Notes under the pieces: model-generated | Database searches by the model: none | Seen by the model: the letters and a program-made list of their open reading frames with translations, nothing else | Told to the model about the DNA's origin: nothing | Shown here: positions 12,301 through 25,079 of the stretch, one piece after another | How the letters are laid out: every line of letters begins with the position of its first letter | Numbering within the stretch: position 1 is the stretch's first letter | Assembly (NCBI RefSeq): GCF_006345805.1 | Contig: NW_021834895.1 | Coordinates: forward strand, 1 to 44,741 | Length of the DNA stretch: 44,741 nt | Direction: 5' to 3' | From: Octopus sinensis | Lineage: Eukaryota | Translations under genes and position numbers: made by a program

Positions 12301-13130
12301 CCGGCGCTTCATAGACGACAGTGAACAGGTGTGGTCGCCTTTTGTGCGACGCGCTTTCCCGCAGCTCGTCTCCTTGGCCGAACTGCAGTCGTGGATCAAA
12401 CAGAGACCGAGGCTAGGCGAATGGCACCGCGAGTGTCGTGTTGCTTCCAGGCAACTCTGCTGTCCGGGACTAAACTTGTTCGACTTCATTACAACAAAGG
12501 CGTTCTATAGAGGATTATTGGAGGGGAGGTGCGACGACGTTCTCAGGCGGAATGTGGGCGTCGACGAGGAACACATGACCCGCCTGTTCAGGACAACTTT
12601 CGGGCCGGGACCTATGGACAATCAGTTTTCATCGTACTGGTGGCCATGGTGAAAGAATGTATGTGGTGGACCCGAACGAAAGGATTAGAGACAAACACTT
12701 ACCTCTCTGGCCAATCGCTCATCAATTGTTTCAAGTACCACTTGAAAAGGAAGGTGAGAATGGAGAGGCAGGTTTTGTCCCGTGAAAGTTTCAAAAAAAG
12801 GTGGGTGAATGTAGCAAAGATGGTGTGTGCGTGTGACGAAACCACTTTGAGCATGATCCTGTAAATCGTCAGAGAGAGAGAGAGAGAGAGAGAGCGCTTT
12901 GCTCTCATGTGTTTATTTCCTCCTTGCCTGTGGTTACTGTGGTCTTTTCTGTTGGCGTTTCTTTCCACGGATGAAGCTAATCTTGTTTCTGTGATACACG
13001 ATCCCTTTTGATCGGAATTTTACATTTGTTTCCTTTTTTTCCCATTTTCTTTTTCCATCTTCGAAAAGAAAATCTCTACATTTGTATTTGTCCCCTCTGT
13101 ATTCAGCCCTGTCTGGCCAATAAAGAAAGT
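12301..13130 (+). mobile_element. 5'-truncated, internally deleted L1/Tx1-like LINE in (ATCT)n
   Basis: VWSPFVRRAFPQLVSLAELQSWIKQRPR matches 17960 onward. It jumps at about 12623, skipping about 270 bp including the Cys motif. AATAAA at 13119. The 5' flank is (ATCT)n at 12200-12300. Confidence 0.92.
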
Positions 13131-13136
13131 TATCTA

Positions 13137-13231
13137 CCCCCACTTTATTTTCTTGCCTCCCCCAAAAGAAAAGCTCTACTTTGTATTTTGTCCCCTTTGT
13201 GTTCAGCCCTGTGTGGCCAATAAAGAGACGC
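13137..13231 (+). mobile_element. Extra copy (about 95 bp) of the LINE 3' terminus
   Basis: AAAAGAAAAGCTCTACTTTGTATTTTGTCCCC...GGCCAATAAAGAGACG repeats 13063-13130 with a 100-bp period and several differences. Followed by (ATCT)n. Confidence 0.8.
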
Positions 13232-13321
<90 letters not shown>

Positions 13322-13949
13322 TTAACTATCTATCTATTTATCTGTCTGTATGTCTGTCTGTCTATCTGTCTGTCTGTCTGTCTGTCTGCCTGCCTGCCTA
13401 CCTACCTGTCTGTCTGTCTGTCTGCCTATCTGTCTGTCTATCTATCTTTCTCTCTCTATGTATATACATACATACATACATACATACATACATACATACA
13501 TACATACTCTCTGTCTCTCTCACGCCCACATACACACACATACACACGCACACAAACGCACACGTATTATTCTTTTACAAAATATTAAATACTATTGACT
13601 GTAACTTCGAAGTTTCGGCCAACTAAGCCATCGTTCTCTTGTGGTGCATTCAAGTTAATTTTGGCTTTGTATAGTTCCCGTTGGGATAACATTTTTAATA
13701 GAAAATAGCATAGTCTCCAATAGCGGTTCTCTAGCATTCTTTACGTACCATGTTATGTTGTTTTCTTCTGCTCTAATGCTATGTTCGCATCGAATAAGTC
13801 CTCTTCCCCCTCTTTTTCTTGGTACATACAGTCTGCCTGCGTCACTTTTTGAGTGGAGTGACCCATATCTAGTTAGTAACTTTTTTGTCTTTCTGTCTAA
13901 ACTGTTTATTTCGTCTACTGTCTATGTGATCACCCTTGCATCATATCTA

Positions 13950-15274
13950 ATGAGTGAAACCGTTTTATTTCGACTTAAGGATCAGTCTCAGTCGTAACCA
14001 AGGGGAAGCGTTTTGGAACCGTGGAGGTTCGCTTCCCAACAGAGGAGCTTGCAAGGGCGAACGCCATTTCGCCCTTGCAAACTGAGAATTTGTTACTAGT
14101 TCCGACCCACCTCGGGCGAAGAGTAACAAAAATAAAAATCGACCTCGCCCCCCCCTGAGCTAGATATGTCATGGCTGGTGGCAGCTGTCCTCTATGATAT
14201 AGAGGACACTACCACCATTCTAGATGTCAGGAGAGTGAGGGCGAAAAACTGGTTGGGGATGGGAGTGCTGCTTCTTGCGCAAATTCAGCAAGAGAATATC
14301 AGTAAAGTCCCTGATTTCGTAAGTTTGCCGGACGGCACCAGGCTAAACGTTGCTGTCGAGGGGCGAAAGCCAAAATGTTTCCTCTGCAGCAGCGAAAGCC
14401 ACTTAAAGAGGGACTGTCCCATTCACAAAAAGAGGATGGAGGCTTTCAGCAAGAGGCAGCAGCAACAACAACAACAACAACACAAGCAACAACAACAACA
14501 ACAGAAACATCAAAAACAGCAAGAAACACCAAAGGCTGCCACACCACCAACACCATCACCAAGACGAACAACACCACCTCCAACAACAACAACCACCACC
14601 AAACCAACACCGACACCAGTACCTCGAAAATCAACTGCAGCAACACCAACAGCAACAGGAGCAGCGGCACCACCGATACCGGCGGAACCAAAAACCTTTC
14701 GTCCTGCTACTGAAGCAGACCCCTCAACCATTCCTTTGCCGGATGAAGAGATCTCGGATTGTGCGAGCTCTGATTCCAACAAAGGAGAGTGGAACATAGT
14801 ACCTCCAAAGAAGAAAAGGAGGAAAAAACAAAAAGATTTACAGGGGAAGCACGAACAAATAGTACTTCCAACATCAACAACAACATCAACAACAACACAC
14901 ATTCACAACAACAAACAACAACAACAACACTTTCGACACCACTACTGCCACTGCCACAGACACAAACAAACACAGACACAATTACAGAAACGATTACAGC
15001 GATAAATACAAAAAACCAAGAACTGGTTGAGTATTTGAAAAACAAAACAAGCACAAACATTACAGATTTCATAATACCTACACACAACACACCACCAGCA
15101 CACATTCTCACAATAAAAATAAACAAAACAGTTTACAACGAAATAAAACAAATATTCCCTAACGATGTGGGATCGTTAGGGAAAAGTTTCTCTAAGAAAC
15201 TTTATAAAAATATTGTAGAAGCACCCGTGCAAAAGCACAAGGGAGCCACCCCCACCACCAACAACAGTAAGTAG
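13950..15274 (+). pseudogene. LINE ORF1 (gag-like, zinc knuckle), frameshifted
   Basis: MSETVLFRLKD.../VVTKGKRFGTVEVRF.../MSWLVAA...VEGRKPKCFLCSSESHLKRDC (CX2CX4HX4C), polyQ and T/P-rich linker, WNIVPPKKKRRKK. Continues in the 14789-15274 frame. Confidence 0.8.
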
Positions 15275-15325
15275 AGCCTTTTTTTTTTTCTCCTTTTTTT
15301 TTTTTTTTTCTCTAACTTTTGAAAC

Positions 15326-18300
15326 ATGGCAAATCTTAGAATCGGTTGCTTGAATGTGAGAGGCCTCGGGTCACCTTGGAAACAGGGTCACCTGTTAAAC
15401 GACCTGAGGTTTCATGATGTGGATGTAGCAGCCATCAGTGAAACCAGGCTCTCCGACCCGCAGGAACTCGCAGCCCTTTTCGGCGGATACGAGATATTTC
15501 TATCTCCGTGTCGGCCGGGAGCGGGCGGTGGTGGTACTGCGGTGTTGTTTCGGAAGGGCCTGGACCTGAAAATAAGGACAGTCTTCTTGGATCCGGAAGG
15601 TAAGTTGGTGGTCCTCGACGTGGACGGTAGTGACGGCGGTGCTTTCAGACTGGCTGCCTACGCTCCGACAGGAGCAGGGCAGTCGGATTATTTCAAACGT
15701 CTGGAAGTTTTCCTGGGAACGTCACGCACTCTAGTACTAGTTGGGGATTGGAACGCTGTCTTAGACGAACGTTTCGATCGGGTGGGCAGGGGTGCGTCTG
15801 ATAGGAGAGGGGGAGGTGTGCAAGAGCCTCGCCAACCTACTCGGCCGCTTTCAGCTGTCGACAGGTTTCGACTAGACAACCCGAATGTGCCAATGTGGAC
15901 TTGGACAAACCGCATCGGGTCGTCTAGATCGTACTTAGATAGAGTGTTTTGTAGGCCAGCGGATAAGGACAGCGTAGGGTGTCCACAATTCCACCTAGTC
16001 GAATATACAGACCACAAATTAGTGATCTGTACGGTCGACTTTGATAGGCTACATAGACAGGGACCCGGCTACTGGAAGCTGAACGCGTCGTTAACGGCGT
16101 GCAAAGCTTACAGAGACCGGATTAGTTTACTAGTTAAGCGGGCGCTCACGGGGCAATCATCAACAACAACTGGTGGTTTGCCCTCAAGAGAGCAATTAGA
16201 GTAGAGTCGATTAGGTATAGTAAGACTCTAGCTATTGAACGTAGGAAGAGAGAGCGGGATTTAGTTAAGAAACTAGACGAGGCTCTTGACACTGGCATCG
16301 CGACCGACGTGTTGGCGGCAAGGTTGGCCCTCGACCAACACTTCGACGCCAAACACGAGGGCTGCGTTGTCAGAGCTAAGGCACGTTCGCTAAGCGGGGA
16401 GGGGACTAGAGCCGCTCGATGGGCCCGCGTGGCGGAGGCGAAGCGAGGCAACAGAGCAACCATTCGGTCTTTGGTGGACCAGAACGGGCGCGAGGTTACC
16501 CAACCGAAGCAGATGTGTACGGTGCTTCAGCGGCACTTTGCTCAACTGTTTGGGACGAGCGGTGGAACGGACACCAACGGTACAGACTTCGGTGTGTACC
16601 TGGACGGACTGCCGCAACTCTCGGACAGCGAGGCAGAGTGCTGCGAAGGACTGATATCTGCCTGGGAAGTACAGGAAGCGATGAAGAGTTGCACGAGAGG
16701 TAGATCGCCGGGTTTGGAGGTCTGCCCTACGAGCTTTACTTTTCAATGCCAGACTTGTTTGCGGACCTGTTGGCAAACGTCTACTGCAACTGGCAGCAAA
16801 ACGGGAGAATTCCTGCTTTTGTCTGTCGAGGGGTGGTGGCTTTGCTAAAGAAGGACCCAAACAAGGGGGACGTTATAGGGAATTTCCGGCCCATCACTCT
16901 GCTCAATGCAGAGTTGAAGATTTTGGCCAAGGTGCTAGCCAAGAGATTGGCGCTTGTCGTGGACAAGCTGGTCGGCAAGACGCAGACATGCGCCGTGCCG
17001 ACCAGGTCGATACACGACAACCTCCATCTCATGCGCTACATCATAGAGAGGGTGGGTAACGACGCTGGCGCGGGTGGGGCTTTGATCAACTTGGATCAGA
17101 GTAAAGCCTTCGATAGGGTCGACCATCGGTACCTGGCAGCTGTCCTCGAAGCAATCGGCTTCGGTCCAGTCTTCCGCGGGTGGATCGCTGCTTTATACAG
17201 CAACATCTGCTCGGTGATACGGGTGAACGGTCACCTTTCGGAACCGTTCGACATCTCGCGTTCGGTCCGCCAAGGATGCCCTCTCTCCTCCCTCTTGTAC
17301 ATTTTGACTCTCGAGCCATTGCTGCGCAAGTTGGAGGCTTTGAGGGGTATCCCGCGCGATCTAGGAGGCGGAAACAGCGTGTCTGCTTATGCCGACGACG
17401 TCACCGTGGTGGTGTCGAGCCACAGGCACATTGGCCTGATTGGCGAGACGCTAAACCAGTACGAAGCGGTGACAGGAGCAAAGATTAACGCGGAAAAGTC
17501 TGTGGGCTTGCAACTGGGCACCTGGAGAGGCAAGCCCATGCCGTCTAACAGCGTCGTAGGGCGCTGGACAAACGGACCCGTTAAACTGCTCGGGGTCTGG
17601 TTCGGTCCGGACCTCCAGGTGGATAAGAACTGGGAAGAGGTGACGAGCAGGGTGGCACGTCTCACCCAGAAATGGGCCGAGAGGAAGCTGTCCCTGAAAG
17701 GTCGAGCGGAGGTGGCGAATGCGTACATCGCATCCGTCATTTATTACCGCTTGACCGTCGTCCCTTGTCCCGACCGCTGGTTGGCCAAGCTGGTACGTCT
17801 GCTCTTCGACTTTTTGTGGAAGGGTCAGGTGCCACTGGTCAGGCGGTCCATCTGCTGTCAACGACCGCTGAACGGAGGCCTTGGAATGCCGTGGTTGCTG
17901 TTGCGCAGACATGCGCTCAGGCTGCGGCATCTCAAGCGCTTCCTAGACGGTGAACAGGTGTGGTCGTCTTTTGTCAGACGCGATTTTCCGCAGCTCGTCT
18001 CTTTGACGGATCTGCAGACCTGGATCAAACGTAGACCGAGAAAGGGCGCTTGGCACCTCGAGTGCCGTCAAGCTCTCTCCGCCCTCCGCCGGGCGGGCAA
18101 TGCGGTCGGTTACAGCTCCACTCTAGCGTTCTATAGAGGGCTAGTGGAGGAAAAATGCGACGACGTTCTCGGGGAAACTCTAGGCGTTGAAGACGACGAA
18201 CTGAGCGGTCTGTTCGGGAGGACTTTCGGGCCGGGGCCGATGGATAATTTCCAGAGGTCTCTCGCCTGGCAGTGCTACCGAGGGGCTCTGCCTGTTCGAG

Positions 18301-18755
18301 ATAAACTCTACCGGCACGGAAGTGCCGTCAGCCGGGCCTGCCCGAGGTGTTGCCAGGACGACGAAACCGTTCTGCACGCACTCGTCCAGTGCCCGAGTAT
18401 TGCTGAAATATGGGTTTATGTCGAACAGCTACTGTCACGTGTTGGACGGATCCGACTATCGGCCGAATCCATAGTGAAGATTGCCCCGCCGACCTCCTTT
18501 AACAAGGAGGGCGAGGCCGTTTTCTTGTGCCTAGTGGCTGTGGCGAAAGAGGTCGTGTGGTGGACTCGTTTGAAAGGGCTAAAGACAGACACTTTCCTCT
18601 TTGGTCAAGGCCTCATCAACTTTTTCAAGTTTCACTTGAAAAGGAAGATGAGGTTAGAGAGGAAAGTGCTGTCCGATAGCAAGTTTTATGAAAGGTGGGT
18701 GAATTGTGCGAGACTGGCCTGTATAAATGGACCAGTTCTCAGGTTTCGCCTGTGA
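15326..18755 (+). pseudogene. LINE ORF2: APE endonuclease, reverse transcriptase and C-terminal Cys motif; about 4 single-base frameshifts
   Basis: CLNVRGL, ISETRL, GDWN, LDRVF, TDHKLV, YWKLN; NFRPITLLN, LDQSKAFDRVDH, VRQGCPLS, YADD, GGLG; CPRCCQDDETVLHALVQC. A 669-aa uninterrupted ORF spans 16746-18755. Confidence 0.95.
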
Positions 18756-19034
18756 TTTCAATAAAAGGTAATGTAAAAGGAGAAGAAAGGGGACTCTCTA
18801 CACCCCCTTTTTGTTTGACCAGGCTCCCGTTGGCTTTTGTAGGGTTTTTTCCACCAGGAACCTTTCGAAACGTCTCCCCCTTTTGGGAGTTTTTCATTGT
18901 TTTAATAATCATTGTTATAAAGTTTTTTACACGGATTTTTTAACAAACGGACAAAACCCTTTGTAACCTTTCGTCCTGTCTTGTCCCTTTATGTAATCAT
19001 GCGTGTCAGCCCTTGTGGCCAATAAAAAAGAATT

Positions 19035-19052
19035 GATTATTATTATTATTAC

Positions 19053-19137
<85 letters not shown>

Positions 19138-19140
19138 TAT
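19035..19140. repeat. (ATT)n at the LINE 3' end
   Basis: Direct reading. Confidence 0.95.
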
Positions 19141-19330
19141 TTTGCTCATCATGAGTAAGTTTGTGTGTATTAATTATTATATTTATTGTATCTAATTAAA
19201 AAAAATGTCTTCAACAATTCAGAAGCGTATAGAACATATTTTGTGCCTTACTTTTGGCCCACTCTGTGTGTATATATAGGTGTGTGTATGTATGTATGTA
19301 TGTATGTATGTATGTATGTATGTATGTATG

Positions 19331-19362
<32 letters not shown>

Positions 19363-19369
19363 TATGTAT

Positions 19370-19495
<126 letters not shown>

Positions 19496-19909
19496 TATAC
19501 GTCATAAGCAGAATAACTTTAACATTATAATTATTGGAGAATATATGACCGCAAGGATGAAGAAAAAATATACTCTAGATAAACGTAATAAGTTATTTTC
19601 TGCAACGTTTTAAGATTTCGTTTCCGAATAGTTAACAAGAACTAATTAGATAAAGCGATAGCCTCCTTCGTTGATAGGCGTTGGCAGGTTTCTCAACAGC
19701 CTCAAGAATGATCTCATTTACGGAGACCTTTTGATTGCTCAGCACCAAATCATGGCATCCTAAATAGCAAACGTTCAGAATTTACTTTCCACCATCGAAA
19801 ATCGTTACATTTTATTGCCTTTTAACTGATGTTCACATCTTATGTATATATGTATATACATATATGCATACAGACACACAAACGGACGGACATACAGACG
19901 TCCATAATA

Positions 19910-20026
19910 CGTACATACATACATACATACATACATACATACATACATACATACATACATACATACATACATACATACATACATACATACATACATACAT
20001 ACATACATACATACATACATACATAC
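19910..20026. repeat. (ATAC)n microsatellite
   Basis: Direct reading. Similar compound (ATAC)/(TA)/(TG) tracts occur at 10590-11020, 11295-11910, 19270-19500, 23115-23500 and 25270-25560. Confidence 0.95.
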
Positions 20027-20850
20027 AACACCTATGTATTTAGGCATCTGCTACCTAAACGCACACGCGACAATAAAGAGAGATGTGTATGCTAAAATGA
20101 GGAGAATGGTCAAGAGGAATAGGTGAGGGAATAGGAAAGAAAGAAGAGAAAATGAAAAAGTGTGTTAATCGGTGATCAAGATATTATGAGGGGGATGGGA
20201 GAAGCGTAGGGGAGGGATCGGAAGAGATGAAAATGTAAGGAATGAATATGTGTGAGAAGTGGAAGGTGGGGGTGATATGTTTGAAAGCACTAAGGTGGAG
20301 GAAGGGGTACAGAGGTAAGGTTTACTAACATGAGTAGTGAACTTCAAAAAGGAAGGAAAGAATAATAAGATATAATGGTCAAGTTTCTAAAAATGGACGG
20401 TATTTATTGTACTGACTAATGAGATAATGGGGCCTGAGTAATTAGAGAAAGAGAAAGAAAGAAAGAAGTCTATATTGATACGCGGAATTGCACACACACA
20501 TACATATACGTGTGTATAAGCACTATTATATACGCCCGCATACTTATGTACTTAAATCCATATGCATATATGCACATACATATATATGCACACACACACA
20601 ACACACCCATAGATATATGCATACACACATACACATGCGTACATATACACACATACACATACATACATATATATATATATCCACACACATACACGCATAC
20701 ATGTATACATGTCCATATATGTATTATTATACACGAAATAAGATTGGCGAGTTAAAAAATTTAAAACAGGAGACAATGAAATGTCAAATAGGGTTGCTGG
20801 AGATCCCCTAAGGGGTGTTCGGGGTATTCACTGTGTAGTGATTTAGGTTG

Positions 20851-21502
20851 CATTTAGATTTGTGCTAAAATTTGAAAGTATGAAAAAAAGCAGTGGTCGC
20901 ATGTACCTAGGGCCTCCTATTTATTTAGTAATATTGAAGAGTTGTGTTTTAATATGTGGAATGCTTCTTTTAGGCATAACTTACAGGCTGAGCATCGACC
21001 CTGGTATGGAAGCCCTCAATCTATTATGGACCATGAAAAAAATGTATGGAATATTTCTGTTTCTGAGATGAAAACTTTCTCTATATTATCAAAACTTACA
21101 CTGTAACAACTCTGAATACACGAGCGCCCAACATATATGTAACTCCAATATCAAAACCTATGCCTTAGACCATTACGAAAACATATATCATACATACTAG
21201 GGCAGCTACATTTGTATACATGTATTTATAAACGTATGTACGTGTGCATATATGTATGTATGTACATATGTACGTATGTATGTATCTATTTATCAATAAA
21301 GCTATCGGCTACCTGCATGCATACTTGGGAGATAGATTGAGGACTTCCATACCAGGGCCAGCGCTCAGCTTGTAAGTTATGCCTAAAAGAGGCATTCCAC
21401 ATATTAAAACACAACTTTTCACTATTACTAAATAAATAGAGGCTCTAGGTACATGCGACCACCGCTTTTTTCATACCTTCAAATTTTAGCAGGAATCCAA
21501 TG
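20851..21502. repeat. Inverted repeat with arms of about 170 bp (20851-21024 / 21332-21502) and a spacer of about 305 bp
   Basis: TGCTAAAATTTGAAAGTATG...GGTCGCATGTACCTAG...CCCTGGTATGGAAGCCCTCAATCTAT versus ATAGATTGAGGACTTCCATACCAGGG...CTAGGTACATGCGACC...TTCAAATTTTAGCA. Confidence 0.9.
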
Positions 21503-21519
21503 AATACGGATATATATAT

Positions 21520-21757
21520 ACAACTTATAAACAAGGGCAAAAGAAAAGATTCCAATGCAAAATATGCCGAAAATAGACTTAAATCGTCAATAACTATATA
21601 ATTCATCACTTATTGACGATTTAAGTATATTTTCGGTATATTTGGTATTGGAATTTTTTTCTTTTGCCCTTGTTTATAAGTTGTTTATAAATTTAACTTT
21701 TAAAGGTATTTTTTAATATACTGGCCATTGATAAAAATTTTTCGAAAATTCTATCCT
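21520..21757. mobile_element. Short palindromic element (arms 21520-21593 / 21610-21684) plus a tail of about 70 bp, within (TA)n
   Basis: ACAACTTATAAACAAGGGCAAAAG...CTTAAATCGTCAATAA / TTATTGACGATTTAAG...CTTTTGCCCTTGTTTATAAGTTGT. (TA)n lies on both outer flanks. Confidence 0.8.
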
Positions 21758-21767
21758 ATGTGTATAT

Positions 21768-21844
<77 letters not shown>

Positions 21845-22031
21845 TGTGTGTATGTGTGTATATATATGTGTGTGTGTATGTATGTGTGTGTGTTGGAAAT
21901 TTATATGGTTGTGTGCGTCCGAGAAGACCGTTTTATATCACAATGATGTAATGTTTTCATTGATCGATTAAATGGAGCCGTTTGAAACGGCCGCAATGAA
22001 CTGATGCCTGAACATCCTTGTTAGTTATTTG

Positions 22032-22067
<36 letters not shown>

Positions 22068-22076
22068 TTACATATA

Positions 22077-23116
22077 CAGGGTGTGATGAGTAAATTGTTG
22101 CCATTCTAAATCTTATTGTTCACACATGCCCATTGTTTGTTTTCGATTTTGTCGACTGCACAGTAAAGTAGGATCAGTTGGGCACCGCCTGTGAGAAAAC
22201 ACCACCATGTTGCAATTCACTCAACCAAAAATTTGGAAGCGACATGTAGTACTGCTTGGTATTTCGCGCCGGAAGATCCAATACGGACACTTCACAGTTT
22301 TTGAGAGTGAATCTGAGGACAGTGCAGAGGATTCGGAAAGGGTTAAGTGAGTCTAATAGTGATTACGAAGGTACGGCCACTCGGAAAACTCACTCTGATC
22401 GTTCTGATCTTCAATTTGTTGGTGAGACCCAGACAATGGTTGACAACGATCCCGCCAAGTTAATCAGGTCCAAGCACCCCCTTCAATCGAACATGCTTTG
22501 GTTTTTCTCATCTCCCAAACGTACCGAAAGCAATAAAAATCAAATAGCGAGTCAACATCATAGTGTTTGGAGTGATTTCTAGTAATGGCGACGGTATGCC
22601 TCTGTTCATCTTCCCACATGGCCTCAGACTCAACACGGAGGCCTAAACCAAGTGTCTGGAGGAGGTACTGCTGTCCCGGGTCAAGAAGGTGGCTGCTGGA
22701 AGACGCTATGTCTGGCAACAAGATTCTGCACCATGCCATACATACAGGAGAACCCAGTCATGACTGTCAGACAATTTCTGCCACCAAATCACCCCTAACT
22801 TCTGGCCACCTAATTCCCCAGACTGCAATCCCATTCAGTATTATGTGTGAGGCGCAGTTAAGCGAGAGACCAACAAAATTCCTCGTAACATCAAAGATGA
22901 GCAGAAGCCAAAGATTAAGGTAACATTCACTAACTTAAACAAGGAGACCTTCCAGCAGAGCTGTAGGAGATTCCGAAGTCGGCTCAAGGCTGTGGTTGAA
23001 GCTAATGGCGAATTTATTGAACATTTCAAGATATTTTGATGTAATTTTGGCAAATATATCTGTTAAAGTGAGATGTCAGTGTTATTTTCCTTTTTGTGTA
23101 ACTTAGACCACAATTT
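22077..23116 (+). mobile_element. Decayed Tc1/mariner-superfamily transposon, DD37D (maT)-type
   Basis: Left end TA|CAGGGTGTGATGAGTAAATTGTTGCC. Transposase remnants at 22208-23022: LRVNLRTVQRIRK, VFGVISSNG, WQQDSAPCH...WPPNSPDCNP. 37 residues separate the second D from the mutated third-D position. The right TIR is mostly lost. Confidence 0.85.
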
Positions 23117-23150
23117 CTCTCTCCTTCTCTCTCTTTCTGTCTCTCTCTCC

Positions 23151-23211
<61 letters not shown>

Positions 23212-23288
23212 GAATGCTCGCGTATACGCAGGCATAAATATATGTATCAACACACACATATATAGGTACGTATCTATGTGTGTATGGA

Positions 23289-23319
<31 letters not shown>

Positions 23320-23333
23320 TGTATGTATGTATG

Positions 23334-23386
<53 letters not shown>

Positions 23387-23418
23387 GTGTTATACTTGTA
23401 TATCTATCTCTCTATCTC

Positions 23419-23501
<83 letters not shown>

Positions 23502-23994
23502 GCAGATATGTATTGTCAGACATATTGACTTGCAACCTACACAGTATACACACGATATTTCTCTATTTATGCTTATGGCCATAACACCAAGTAATAAATA
23601 AAATTTGTGATTGAGTTACAACCTGAAATAAAATGGCGTGTTTTTGTTTGAGTTACCACAACAAAGTATCATAAAAATATTTTGAGCAGCCATCGATCTA
23701 ATTTGATTTCTTGATTGAATTTCACAGCTACCCTACCAAGACTCTCATAAGCCAGATTTTTAACTACTTTAGGGCGTTATAAATATTCCACATGAAGACC
23801 AAAATAGTGTTGAGATGCTGACATAACCAGAAAGTGTGCGCTAAGATTTGGTGCATAAAACTGTCATTGTAAACACTTGGGTGAAAATCAAAAGAACTGA
23901 CTTAATCATCGAACACATTGCAAATGAAAGTTACAATGATCTATTTAAAGAAGTATATACATTCACTTCAATAAGCCGATCAACGATATATATA

Positions 23995-25075
23995 CACATA
24001 TACCTCTGGTCAAGTCGTTTCGATTTACGTCATTTCTGAAGAAACGTCGGTTTTTTCTAAAATATCAAATAATAAATACAGTATTAATTTACGTCACCTG
24101 GCCGAACGGCAATAACGTTCATACTATACTGTATTGTTAGTTCCGGGTTGTATCGATTGGTTCCGTTCGTATTCGTCTCCGGGAAATAAATAGAAAGAAA
24201 GCCAGAGAACCATATAATCTGCATAACAGATTAGAATTATTGTTAAAATACAGAATACATCAATAATCCCGAGCCGCGTCGTTTTACGTTGAAGAAAATG
24301 CAAGAGGCTTTTCCTCGTTTAGATAAATGTCTTTCTTTGAGGAAATGGATCCCAATGTACAACGGTTTGTAAAAATATTGAGGGATTGTCAAGAAACTGT
24401 TGCACCTTATTACCTAATCCTTGAAGAGAAGAAGAAAAAGGCAATTCAAGGGTTTTAGACAAGTTTGCGCAACGATCTACTCTCAGCGCTCCACCCTATT
24501 TTTATGTATAAATATATTTTTCTTTATATTTTACTAATTTATATATACAATGAATCATTTGATATTTAATATACTATATAATTTGTATACAATACTATCA
24601 TATTATAAATTTATAACGTCTCCCAAACCACTGACTTTCTCCCAATGCCTCTTTTTTCTCTACCGTCCCCTTAGACACCAGCACCCACCTGGACTCTGCC
24701 AACACCCACCGGAGGGTGGTAGCGCCCACTTTGAGAACCTATGATCTACACTATTACACCAGGAGTCAGCTGACGATACCTAACCATCGACATCTAGTGT
24801 GTAAACTCCTCCTCTTCCTCCACCAGCCTCAACGAATAACACCAACATCAGCCATCAGGTACAGCATTTGAAATTATTTCTTTCTAAAATCAAAGCAGCC
24901 TAGGCTTGTCTAACAATTTACTGAATTTATAGGCGAACATAAAAACAACCTAGGCTAGCCTAGGTTTTAATTGTTACATGTATATACATTTATCTAATGG
25001 TTATTTCGACTTAAGTGATTTTTCGAGTTAAGTTGTGTCCTCTGCAACCAATTAACAACGTAGGGTGAGGTGTGT
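23995..25075 (+). mobile_element. Tigger/pogo-like internally deleted transposon remnant, possibly with a nested hAT-like end at about 24660-24745
   Basis: C-terminal peptide FTLKKMQEAF...FEEMDPNVQRF...YYLILEEKKKKAIQ...LDKF at 24285-24470. Subterminal TTCGATTTACGT and TTCGACTTAAGT/TTCGAGTTAAGT motifs lie near both ends. Confidence 0.65.
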
Positions 25076-25079
25076 TTTT

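Larger units (their letters stand above)
13572..19033 (+). mobile_element. Near full-length L1-clade (Tx1-like) non-LTR retrotransposon
   Basis: 5' UTR (start approximate), ORF1 with CCHC knuckle, poly-T spacer at 15278-15309, ORF2 APE-RT-Cys, 3' UTR with AATAAA at 19021, then (ATT)n. Confidence 0.95.

Noticed and set aside
14375-18377. Overlapping alternative-frame and antisense ORFs inside the LINE
   Set aside because: Shadows of GC-rich ORF2 and low-complexity ORF1, with no independent motifs.
19140-19267. Tc1/mariner-like TIR (CTTACTTTTGGCCCACTCTGT)
   Set aside because: A single end with no partner TIR or transposase found.
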